The position numbers and the translations under genes are program-made. DNA of 64,000 nt from Chrysemys picta bellii (lineage: Eukaryota), in assembly GCF_011386835.1 (NCBI RefSeq), contig NC_088806.1:2480001-2544000 (forward strand). Reading direction: 5' to 3'. Position 1 is the first letter of the stretch, and every line of letters begins with the position of its first letter. Below, one piece after another: positions 10,513 to 21,261 of this stretch. The notes beneath the pieces are model-generated. The model saw only the letters and a program-made list of their open reading frames with translations. It did not search any database and was not told where the DNA came from.

Positions 10513-13500
10513 CTACCACGGGGAGGGACGGGGTGGGGGGTCAGCTCCCACGGATCTAGAGATCGGGGGGCAGAGGAGGGATGGCTGGGGGGCAGGACGG
10601 GCATCGGGAGGATTCGGAGGCAGGGCAGAGAGACCCAGGAGGGTGGGTGGAAAGGGAGCGGAGGGGCAGGGTAGAGGCCAGGGTAATTTGGTTGGTATCA
10701 GGGGCAGAAAGGAGGTGGGAGCAAGAGGTGCCGAGCGGAGGTGGGGGGCGTCTCCCCTGGGGGGGGTGCAGAGGGGAGGCAGGGGGCACGCGCCCCACTC
10801 ACTTTTGGGCGCTGAAGTGGAAGGGCAGCGGCACCCCGTCCCGGGCCCGGCGTTCCGTGTCCGACAGCCGCAGGTTGAAGGTCAGGTTGGCGGCGGGATC
10901 CGCCTGGGGGGGTGGAGACGCCCATCACACACACTGCTGGGGGGCGGGGAAGGGGAGCAGGGCGTCCAGCCCCCCCCCCCCCCAGTATGAGTCACTCCAC
11001 GGGGTCACCTCCCTCCATGGGGGGGGAACGGCTTGGCTAGAGGGGCCCACAGTGGAAATCGGGGTTCTCTCAAGAGCCCCCCCATCCCCAGACAGCCCCC
11101 CAACCCTACCCCTCAATCAGTGCCCCCAATATCTCCAACACCCCCCATCCCGTGCCCCACAAACCTCCACTACCCTGTCCCCAAACCAGCACCCCCAGAT
11201 TCCCCCATCCCCTGAGACACCCCACAACCCCAAGCAGCACCCCCAGGACCTCCAAATCTTCCCATCTCCCGAGACCCTCCCCAAATCAGCACCAATTGGT
11301 GCCCCTGGGAGGTACAGTTCCCCCCCCCCCCCCCAAGATCCCTGAACCCACCCAGCACCTCAGATCTCTGCTAACTCCCACGCCCCTCACCTGTGAGATC
11401 CTCTATCCCACCCCCCCAACATGCTCCCCAAGACCCCCCCACTTTGCCCCCCCCAGTGCCGGGGGGGGCAGCTAAGCTGGGATTTCAAAAGGAACAGAGT
11501 TGGGGTGCTCCAGTGTCCAGATACCTGCTGATCCCCCCACCCCACTGCTGTGTAACTGGGGACCTCCGGTCCCATGAGGAAAGGGAGGGGGACCGTACCG
11601 TGGAGTGGGGGTCGGTGTCTTCATCTCGGGGCACGCTCCCCGTGGGCTCCCCGAGGGCTTTTGGGGTGAAGCCAGCCAGGATGGTGAAATATTCCTCCTG
11701 GGGGGGGGAGGGAGAGGATGAGACAGAACCAACCCCCCCGATTGGCATCCGCTGCCCCCCACTGCTGCCCCCCCCAGCCTCAAAGGGGGGCTGTCGCCCC
11801 TTCCATACAACTCCCTTGTCCCCTGCACACCCAGCCGCTAAGTTACCCTGACCCATCTGAGACCCCCTCCCCGCCATAACCCTCCCACTGTCCCCTGATC
11901 TGGGGGGTCCCTGCCCCCCAATATCCACCCCTCACCGCCGCCCCCCCCCCCGATCTGGGCGTCTCCGCCTGCCTTCCCCCACCTTCTCGAGGACCTTCCC
12001 GGTCTCCTTACGCTGGAGCATGGAGGCCAGCCGGGGGGCGTCCCCCCCACTCCCCACGCCCTCAGGGGCCGGCCCCACCCCCACCACGGCTCGGGCCAGG
12101 GAGCGGAGGGTCTCCACCAGGCCCGGCGGGTGCAGGTCGCCATGCAGCAAGGCCAGGATCCTCGTCACACGCAGGCCTGAGCGAGGAGGAAAGGGAGAGA
12201 TCAGACACCCCCACACCGCCCAGAGCCGGGGAGAGAACCCAGGAGTCCTGGCTCCCAACCCCCCTGCTCTACCCTACTAGCCCCCACTCTCCTCCCAGAG
12301 CTGGGGAGACAACCCAGGCGTCCTGGCTCCCAGTCCCCCCTGCTCTAACCCACCAGCCCCCACTCCCCTCCCAGAGCCAGGGATAGAACCCAGGAGTCCT
12401 GGCTCCCAGCTCCCCCTGCTCTAACCCACCAGCCCCCCCTCCCATCCCAGAGCCGGGGAGAGAACCCAGGAGCCCTGGCTCCCATCGCCCCCGGGGAGTC
12501 CAGACCTGCGCTGGCAGCCGCCATCGGGATCCGTCCCAGCGCCTGGCAGACGGCGGGCAGAGGCTGGCGCAGCAGAAGCCAGCTGAGCGAGTCCAGGACG
12601 ACGGTGGCAGGTCCCGCGGGTCCCCTGGCCAGTTGCCCCGAGACTCCCAGCGCTGTGAACTCCTCCCCGCTGAAGCCCCCGGCCTCCCCGGTCCAGCGCA
12701 GGGGATCTGTGAAGCCATCCTGGTATAGCAACCTGGGAGGGAGAGAGGTCAAAGGTCAACCCAGGGGGTTCGCTGTGGGAGGGGGGTAGCTGCCCCGGTG
12801 TAACCGACGCGCCGCTGCCTGAGTCTGCCGAGAGCCTAAGCCTGCTGCGTCAAGAGCGGGCAGCTACCCTGTGCCTCTGGCCCCACTTATTGGGGAGGGA
12901 GGGGTGTTGGCTTGGGGGGTAGGCGGGGGGACTCACCGCACAGTCACATCGGGGTCAAAGCCGGCCCGGAACTCTTCCTCGGGGATTTCGAAGCCGAAAA
13001 CGTGGACGGATTCCCCCCTGGAAGCACAAAGGGGGGGCGGGACAGGGATGAGCCATGAGCGTAGGGGAGCAGCAGGCCACAAGGGGGCACTGGGGATCAA
13101 AGGGGCAATTGTGGGTTATGCGGGGGGGGAGGGGGCACCGCACGCACCTGTGCGCTGAAGCTGCCACAAAGGTCTTGAGCAGGCTGCGGCCCTCGCACTC
13201 AATGGTGTCTGCGGGGAAAGGCCCCGGGGCCGGTGAGATGGGGATTACCCCCCCGTAGGGATATACACAGACCCCGCTCCCTCTCTGACCCCCCTCCCCT
13301 TCCAGCTCCCCACAAGCCTCCCCCCCCCCAGCTCTCCCTGCTCCCCCCAGGTTCCCCTCTGCTCCTGCCAGCTCCCAGGCTTCCCTGCCCTCTGGCTCCC
13401 CCCCACCACCACTTCCTCCCTCTCCCAGGGTCCCCCTCCCCCCCAGCACCCTCTCCCCTCCAGCTCCCCCATTGCTTCTTCCTTCCCCCTAGATCCCCCT

Positions 13501-13954
13501 GCTCCAGGCTCCCCCTCCCTCATTGCTCCCCCTAGATCCCCCTGCTCCAGGCTCCCCCTCCCCCATTGCTCCCCCTAGATCCCCCTGCTCCAGGCTCCCC
13601 CTCCCCCATTGCTCCCCCTAGATCCCCCTGCTCCAGGCTCCCCCTCCCCCATTGCTCCCCTCCCCCCAAAGCTCACTCCATTGCTTCCTTCCCCCCCCCA
13701 GGTTTCCCCTCCCCCCATTCCTCCCCTCAGCTCCCCCCATTGCTCCCCCTCCCTCCCCAGCTCCCCCTCCCCCATTGCTCCCTGCTCAGCTCCCCCATTG
13801 CTCCCCCTCCCCAGCTCCTCCTTCCTCCTCCTCCTCCTCAGCTCCCCCCCATTGCTCCCCCTCCCCCCATTGCTCCTCCTCGCTCCCCAGCTCCCCCCTC
13901 ACCCTCGATGAGGACGAGCCCCCCCGTTGCCCCAGCCACCAGCTCGCCCAGCAT
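10404..13954 (-). CDS. ELP5: Elongator complex protein 5, complete: join(13954-13903,13208-13148,13017-12937,12732-12506,12176-11983,11697-11599,10903-10803,10512-10404), 924 nt, 307 aa
   Basis: MLGELVAGATGGLVLIE-D-TIECEGRSLLK...VVLDSLSWLLLR...LLHGDLH...NLTFNLRLS...KIYYEPDAADDLDEEDPDDDLDV*. Matches ELP5 motifs including the acidic DPDDDLD tail. All introns GT-AG and phases consistent. Confidence 0.96.
10803..10903 (-). CDS. ELP5: ELP5 exon 7
   Basis: ADPAANLTFNLRLSDTERRARDGVPLPFHFSAQ; AA|GTGAGT; 101 nt. Confidence 0.95.
11599..11697 (-). CDS. ELP5: ELP5 exon 6
   Basis: EEYFTILAGF...DTDPHST|GTACGG; 99 nt. Confidence 0.9.
11983..12176 (-). CDS. ELP5: ELP5 exon 5
   Basis: LRVTRILALLHGDLHPPG...GKVLEK|GTGGGG; 194 nt. 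Confidence 0.93.
12215..12485 (-). repeat. 75-bp minisatellite array making up most of ELP5 intron 4
   Basis: About 3.5 units. Confidence 0.9.
12506..12732 (-). CDS. ELP5: ELP5 exon 4
   Basis: LLYQDGFTDPLRW...LDSLSWLLLR...AAASA; weak donor G|GTCTGG gives the phase 1 needed by exon 5; 227 nt. Confidence 0.9.
12937..13017 (-). CDS. ELP5: ELP5 exon 3
   Basis: GESVHVFGFEIPEEEFRAGFDPDVTV; CG|GTGAGT; 81 nt. Confidence 0.95.
13148..13208 (-). CDS. ELP5: ELP5 exon 2
   Basis: CAG|AC ACC ATT GAG...CAC AG|GTGCGT; 61 nt. Confidence 0.95.
13903..13954 (-). CDS. ELP5: ELP5 exon 1
   Basis: ATG CTG GGC...GAG G|GTGAGG; 52 nt. Confidence 0.9.
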
Positions 13955-14200
13955 CCCACTCCCTCCTCCCCCCGCCCCTCTGCGTCGGCGCCTACCTATG
14001 ACCTCACACCGTACGGCGACAGTCCCGCACACGGAGCGGGAGGCCCTCCCCTGGGCGGCGCCATGTTGGGACGTAGGCGGCCCACGCGCTGCCTGCTCAA
14101 TAAAATATGGTGGAGGAGGGGGCGGCAACAGAGGTTGTAGGCAACCCCTAATGATACCTTGGGGTAGCGGGAGGGACGCGGTCCTTTCCAGTCGTTTTAG
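13955..14200 (-). promoter_or_regulatory. ELP5 promoter / 5' UTR
   Basis: CpG-rich; YY1 motif CGCCATGTT 14059-14067 (AACATGGCG on the sense strand), typical just downstream of housekeeping start sites. Confidence 0.55.
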
Positions 14201-14545
14201 GGCTTCATGGGCGGGGGAGTGTTTTTCAGGCACTGAGTTAGCCACCTCATCTGCATCTTGGCCAAACTTTTGCCAACATGGAGGGATTTGGGGGTCAGCT
14301 TAAGAGTTCCTTGAAGCCCCCCAAGGCCCCCACTCCCTGGTCCCATCCCAAAGGGGTGAGAGTCCCGCCCCACCACCACTGCTCTTAGGCTCACACCCCA
14401 CCATGGTGCCCATAAAGGCAGGGGGGCCCATATCCCACTTCAAGGACCCCTGTCCATCCCACTCCTGCACTACCCCCTCCGGCGCCCCCAACCTGGTCAA
14501 ATCTCCCACTTCCCCCGGCCTTGTCTCCAGCTCCACAGCCCCCAT

Positions 14546-16022
14546 ATAAGAACAGCCGTACTGGGTCAGACCAAAGATCCATCGAGCCCAGTGTCCTGTC
14601 TTCTGCCAGTGGCTAATGCCAGGTGCCCCAGAGGGAATGAACAGAACAGGGAAGCAAGTGATCCATCCCCTGTTGCCTAGGGTTACCATTCGTCCGGATT
14701 TACCCGGACATGTCCTCCTTTTTGTGCTAAAAATAGCGTCCGGGGGGAATTTGTAAAGCACTCACAATGTCCGGGATTTCCCCCTCCCCCGGCAGAGCAG
14801 AGCGAGCGGCTGGGAGGGCTGCAGGAAAGTCCCGGGCTGGACTCCGGAGCAGCTGGAGAGGAGCCGGATCCGCCCTGCATTCTGAGCAAGTGTCTCAGCA
14901 CAAAGTGCAGCCCTCCCCTTTTGCAACTGGGAGCGGTTTCTGCCATGCAGCGTAGCAAAACGGGAGCGAGAGCACTTTGTGCTGATACAAGGGCAGCTCT
15001 CCCCTGCAGCCCGGTCCGGACCAGGGACCGGGTTTTGTTGTGCAGGGCCAGGGACCGGGTTTTGTTGTGCAGGGCCAGGGACCGGGTTTTGTTGTGCTGG
15101 GGAGCTCAGCCATGTGTCCGGCTCGGCTGCACAGAGCCCAACACCCTGTTCTGAGCAGCAGGGTAAGGGGGGGCAGGAGAAGGGGCAGGAAGGTTCTGGA
15201 GGGGGCAGTCAAGAAACGGGGGGGGGCTTTTTGGGGGGAGTGGAGAAAGTTTTGGCCGTCAGGGTACAGGTAGGGGGTAGGGTCCTGGTGGGCAGTTGGG
15301 GGGGGGGTCTTAGGAGGGGGCAGTTAGGGGACAAGGAACAGGGAGTCTTAGGTAGGGGGTGGGGTTCTGGAGGGCAGTTAGGAGCAGGGGTCCCAGGAGG
15401 GGGCAGTCAGGGGACAAGGAGCGGGGGGGGTAGGGGGCTGGGAGTTCTGGGGGGGAGCTGTCAGGGGGCAGGAGTGGGGAGAGGGATCGGAGCAGTCAGG
15501 GGACAGGGAGCAGAGGGGTTTAGATGGGTTGGGAGTTCTGGGGGGGCTGTCAGGGGGTGGGGAGTGGTTGGATGGGGCGTGGGAGTCCCAGGGGTCTGTC
15601 TGGGGGTGGGGGTGTGGATAAAGGTTGGGGCAGTCAGGGGACAAGAGGCAGGGAGGCTTAGATAGTCCTGGGGGGCAGTTAGGGGCAGGGGTCCCAGGAG
15701 GGGGTAGTCAGGGGACAAGGAACGGGGGGAGGGTTGGGAGGTCAGGGGGGCGGGAAGTGGGAGGGGCAGGGGCGGGGCTAGGGCGGGGCTCCTCCCGTCC
15801 TCTTTTTTGCTCGCTGAAATATGGTAACCCTACTGTTGCCCATTCCCAGCTTTTGGCAAACCGAGGCTAGGGACACCATCCCTGCCCATCCTGACTACTA
15901 ACAATTGATGGACCCATCCTCCGTGAACTTATCTAGTTCTTCTTTGACCTCTCTTATAGTCTTGGCCTTCACAACATCCTCTGGCAAGGAGTTCCACGGG
16001 TTTACGGTGTGTTGTGTGAAGA
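14546..16022 (-). mobile_element. CR1 3' end split by a hAT insertion (14546-14677 and 15833-16022)
   Basis: Begins ATAAGAACAGCCGTACTGG (reverse-complement CR1 tail) and resumes seamlessly after the insert. Confidence 0.88.
14678..15832. mobile_element. Non-autonomous hAT DNA transposon (Blackjack/Tip100-like ends), 1155 bp
   Basis: TIRs TAGGGTTACCAT...ATGGTAACCCTA; perfect 8-bp TSD CTGTTGCC at 14670-14677 and 15833-15840; internal 30-bp tandem repeats. Confidence 0.92.
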
Positions 16023-17064
16023 AAAGACAGTGTGATGCAGTCGCAAAAGAGAGGGTGCATTAAAAGGCATGTCATACGCAAGACACGGGAGGCTGGTGTT
16101 CCGCTCTGCTCCGCCCTGGGTGAGGCCTCAACTGGAGTATAATAGCCATTTCTGAGATCCGCACTTTCAGAAAGATGGGACCAAACTCAAGAAAGAGGCC
16201 AAAGCAGACCAACAGAAATGAAAACCCGACCTGTGAGGGGAGGTGGTGGAATTCCCCACCATTGGAGGTTGTTCCTGTGACACCGTTTGAGGTCCACTAG
16301 CTGAAGGCGCTATTAAACTCAACTATCAACCCAACCCATCGAAGGGTAGTCAAAATAGACCCGTTGCCTTCTAGAAGGTCCAGGAACAGGCTTAAAAATA
16401 AAAAAAAGTATGCAGAGCCTGTCGTAGGGATTTCCCCGCCCCAGCCATGCCAGAAGACCCCTCCACATTCTCCATTGAGCCACAGCCACCAGAACCCAAG
16501 ATCTGCCATTTATTGCTCGGCCATAAAAAATTACTCTAAAACAAGTCAGACGGCAACGTTGCTGCACCTCTGACGTGCCAAGAGGGCTCCTCCGGCGAGG
16601 AAGAGAACAGAGACAGCCGCCGCTAACCCACTCAGCACCAAAGCCACCCCACGATACTTCATGGCCCCTGTGGGGAAGAGACCGGAGAGTTAGAATTGGC
16701 ACCGAGAGCTTGCGTAGAGTTGATGGGACCATTGGACCATCCCATCTGACTTCCTGGCTAGCACAGAGCGAAAGGCAATGGCTTTTCTCCCCTGTATTGA
16801 TCCCAATAACTTTGTGTTGGATTGACGCATCTTCCAGTCCGGATTGGAAGATATTTAATACCTATCTTCGCATTCACTAATGAGACGTCACCTCCGGTCG
16901 CCCGTTGGCCAACGGTCTCAACCATCCATCAACCACTGTCACATGCCCTTCCGTGCTCCCCCCCCCCCGCTGCCCCCAAAACAACCTCATTCTCTTTCCA
17001 CATGCTGCCTTCAAAATTACTACGCTCAAAAGCTGGCGAATTGAGTCCACCGCCCTCCACCCCA

Positions 17065-17670
17065 CATAAGAACGGCCGTACTGCGTCAGACTAATGGTCC
17101 ATCCAGCCCAGTATCCTGTCTTCTGACAGTGGCCAATGCCAGGTGCCCCAGAGGGAATGAACAGAACAGGGAATCATCAAGTGATCCATCCCCTGTTGTC
17201 CATTCCCATCTTCTGGCAAGCAGAGGCTAGGGACACCATCCCTGCCCATCCTGGCTAATAGCCATTGATGGACCCATCTTCCATCTCTAGTTCTTTTTTG
17301 AACCCTGTTCTAGTCTTGGCCTTCACAACATCCTCTGGCAAAGAGTTCCACCGGTTGACTGTGCATTGTATGAAGAAATACTTCCTTTTGTTTGTTTTCA
17401 ACCTGCTGCCTATTCATTTCATTTGCCAACCCCCAGTTCTTGTGTTATGAGAAGGACTGAATAACACTTCCTTAGTTACTTTCTCCACACCCGTCATGAT
17501 TTTATAGACCTCTCTCATATCCCCCCTTCACCATCTCTTTTCCAAGCTGAGAAGTCCCAGTTTTATTAATCTCTCCCCATACGGCAGCTGTTCCAGACCC
17601 TTCATCATTTTTATTGCCCTTTTCTGCACCTTTTCCAATTCCAATAGATCTTTTTTTGAGATGGGGCAAT
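17065..17670 (-). mobile_element. CR1 LINE 3' fragment
   Basis: CATAAGAACGGCCGTAC tail and reverse-complement ORF2 end. Confidence 0.88.
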
Positions 17671-19556
17671 CACATCCCCCATTGTGCTGTCATTTCTCAC
17701 CTTCTCTGGAGATAGCAAACTCTTTGGAATGTAGAGCTGGGAGGTGTCTTGAGAGGACATCTAGTCCATCCCCCTGCACTGAGGCATGGGCAAGTATACC
17801 TAGACCATCCCTGAGAGCTGTTTTTAATCCAACGGGGGGCCCGGTCCACCCATGGGCTACCGTATTTCCCCGATCGCTGTAAATCACTGGATTTCCCCCC
17901 CTACCTTTAGCGGTCATCTTCACCACCTCCACCTGGTCCCTGGACCTCAGAGCTGCCTCACGGCTCGGCGAAGGGCCTACCGTCACATCCGTCTCTGTTT
18001 CTACCTCAGAGGAATTGCCTAGAGGGGGGGAAATTTCAAAGGATAAGCCTCGATTGCACTGGAGATATTAGCCTGGAAGGCGGGAACGACTTTGATCGAT
18101 AGATGCTCGCAGACCTCGTTAAAAGTTGACGGGTTGAGCCACTTTTCCGTCAGGCTGACTAGAAGGAGCAATTAAGCCCCTTTAGGCAGTAGAAGCCACC
18201 ACCCAAGACACCCAAGCAGGTTAATCCCTGTGTCACAGTTCCCACCACTGATCTGGTCCCATTTTCATCTCAAGCCCCTAGCTGTCACCTTTGGGCAGGC
18301 TCTGCAAGTCACGTCTTCGAGACCGGGGATTTACGCTGAACTTCGCTGCCATTATCCCAGGGACCACGACAGGGTGAACCAGCCACCAGCCAGCTCCAGG
18401 AGAGCAAAGTGGATTCAAAATACATGCCCCATTCCCCCCCCCCCCCCATAAACAGTTACGTTTTGCCTGTGCCCACAGCTTCCTGCTGTCAGCCACCGCC
18501 TCTCGGGCAGGGACCCACATCCCTCAACCTTCTGATCGGCCCAACGGAAACCCCAAGGATTAGGGAACTGAAAATAGAGCGATTGGGGGGGCGGGATTTC
18601 TGACCACAGGAACACACAACTCAACCCCAAGAATGTCCTGGCAACGAACTGACATCCGTAACAAGTACACGAGCTACCTTCACAGATGAGGAAGGTGATG
18701 GTTCTACAAGGGATAGTGTGAGTAGATGGATGTGCCAAGGTACATTGTGTAGCATCTCGATCGACCTTACTGAGCTGGGGTGTTTGTGACCATGCAAATT
18801 GTATTCAACAATTATTTTGTTTTCAATAGAGAGGAGTTCCTTTAATCTGAGTGTTGCTTGACTGGGATTCCCAGCTATATAATCATGTGTATAATATGGG
18901 GCCTGATCTTGGGACAAGAACCTGCCAACCCTCAAAGGGGTAACTGGGGATTCTTAAGTAATCAATATAATTAATGCATCTAAAGATCGGGCCACAAATG
19001 AAAGAGGCACTGGGGCTCAAGCGATTAGATGCCGGGGCTCAAGCAAAAAAATTTTTTTTTTTTAACGTTCATAACAGCAAGCCCAGAGGTGCCGGGGCTC
19101 TGAACGGCCAGGCCCAGAGGTGCCGGGGCTGAGACCCAGCCCAGATTAAGCCCAGCCCCTCGGGCTGTCTCAGCAAGGACATTTATTCTTAAGGTGAAAG
19201 CGTTATGGAGAAGATGAAGTACGAGTTCCTGTTCTCACGCCGAAAGCTTACCAGTCCCCCCATACAGCGCCAAACATCTTTCCAGCCCATGGGCTGAAGG
19301 TCCTGGCCAGTGGGTGGGTCAGAGAGAAAGCCAGTATCAATTCCAGCTTATCCTTTTATACCAAAAGCATTTTCCTCGTCTTGTAGCAACTGGAAAACCC
19401 AGCTCAGACCTGTATATGGAAGCCACCACCTCACTAGCATGGTTTATCCAGTGTAATCACCTGCCACTGATTTTTCTTCCCAGAGAAACTCTGATGTGAC
19501 CCTCCCTCCCGGAGTAGGACATGACCCTGCATAAACCTGTCATAGCTTGAATCCAA

Positions 19557-19844
19557 GGGTACGTCCAGACTACCCGCCCTATCGGTGGATAGCAATCAAT
19601 TTATCGGGGATCGATATATCGCGTCTCATTAAGACGCGATATATTGATCCCCGAACGCGCTCCCCGTCGACTCCAGAACTCCACCGGAGCAAGCGGCGGT
19701 AGCGGAGACGACGGGGGAGCCGCGGCTGTCGATCCCATGCCAAGGTAAATCAATCTAAGATACTTCGACTTCAGCTACGCTCTTCACGTAGTTGAAGTTG
19801 CGTATCTTAGATCAATCCCCCCCCCCCCCAGTGTAGACCAGCCC
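19557..19844. mobile_element. PIF/Harbinger-like MITE with internal hairpins
   Basis: Imperfect TIRs GGGTACGTCCAGACT / AGTGTAGACCAGCCC; 3-bp TSD CAA; internal palindromes (GATCGATATATCGCGTCT..AGACGCGATATATTGATC). Confidence 0.75.
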
Positions 19845-20009
19845 CAATATTGTCCCCAAAGATACGGCATAGGATTATGGCATCTGTCATACCTACCCAT
19901 TAGGGATTGCTCCCCACTGGGTGGAAACAGTTAACTCACTCCCTGCTGGGAAGGACTACAAGTTTGGGATGCATCTGAATCAACGCAGTTGAGTGGTGTC
20001 AAGTATCGT

Positions 20010-20140
20010 AAAAACTTCACTTCTTCGGATGCGTAGAGTAACTTTCACTCTATGCATCCGAAGAAGGGAGGTTTTTACCCACGAAAGCTTATGCCCAAAT
20101 TAATCTGTTAGTCTTTCAGGTGCCACCAGACTCCTTGTTG
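20010..20140 (+). mobile_element. Penelope-like element end with inverted-repeat junction
   Basis: GCATCCGAAGAAG...CACGAAAGCTTATGC...TTAGTCTT..AGGTGCCAC terminus; 20-bp inverted arms. Confidence 0.75.
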
Positions 20141-21261
20141 TTGTTGCAGTTGAGTGGAAGACCCTACAAAAAACAATGGACGCCTCAGTGAGCGGATGAC
20201 AATGACTCTGAAGCCAAGGCAACTGGACATGTGAACAGAGTGGGGTTGGAGCAAGAGGCAAACGGCAGACTGTGGTAGCTTGTCATTTTTCACTCCGTTT
20301 TCAAGCCGTCGCTTTAAGAATAAGGGGGTTTCCCAGCCTTGCTTGGAGGCAGGGGGCTCTGTAAGGAACAGTCCAATGTGGGACTTTCAGATTGAGTTTG
20401 CAGAGAGCCAGCCTAGAGTAAGGTAGGGCTGAATCCTGCCTTAGAGAGCAGCCTGTTTTCTCTCTCTGTTTTGGGGGTTCTTGGGGGTTCTCGTTCTGGA
20501 GATGGTGCAGTGAGGTAGCCTTATCTTACAACAGTTCAAGGAGTAGAGTTGAGGGTTTTAAATCTCTCTTCTATGTTGTAGGCCATGAAACCTAACAGGA
20601 CGCAAGCCGCAACTGCTGGTCTGGAGTGACCGGGGTCCCTGCCCACCCCTGAGAGAGGTGACGGGTTAGTGAGCCTCAATGGGTGCTGTTAAAGAGGCCA
20701 AGAAGGGGGATCACAAGCATAAACTGTGACACAAGGAACCTGCCTTCTGAGTCCAGGAAATAGGACTTGGTGGACATTTTTGGCCAAACAAGAAGTATAT
20801 TTTTGGGGGGAGAATTCTGATGCATATGTATCAATTTCCCCTTCTAATGGAAATGGCCATGAAAAATTGGCTGACCTACGCAGCTTTGACCATCTCCCGT
20901 GATTCTCTTAGATCCAAGCTATTCACCAAAATAGGGGTCACGTCTGTGGGGAGGAGACATTGACGGAGTCAGGGTACCTTTGACGCAATCCTCTTTATGC
21001 ACAAAGTCCTGTTTCACTGAGCACAAGAGGAATCAAAACCAGCAAGAGGCAATTTATGGGCTTGTAATTCCAAGCCTCTTTCCGGACAGCACTCTGCCCA
21101 AAAAATAAATAAATAAATCTAGCGAAGTCTTTTTCCTCAGGCTCACGCAGACCAACACACCTGCCTCTGCCCGCATGTGCCGTTGTTCAGGTGGGGCCTG
21201 CTAAAGTTTCCACTGTCAGATTCCCCAAGGAAGCTTAATTGTTCCTTACATATTTCCCCAA

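Noticed and set aside
14727-14736. Perfect MEF2 site CTAAAAATAG (same as the mammalian GLUT4 enhancer core)
   Set aside because: Lies within a hAT element about 36 kb from SLC2A4; most likely an incidental TE sequence
18621-18935. 104-aa minus-strand ORF and nearby LTEKWL motif (about 18100-18170)
   Set aside because: No recognisable domain; at best decayed retroelement sequence, which cannot be supported without a search
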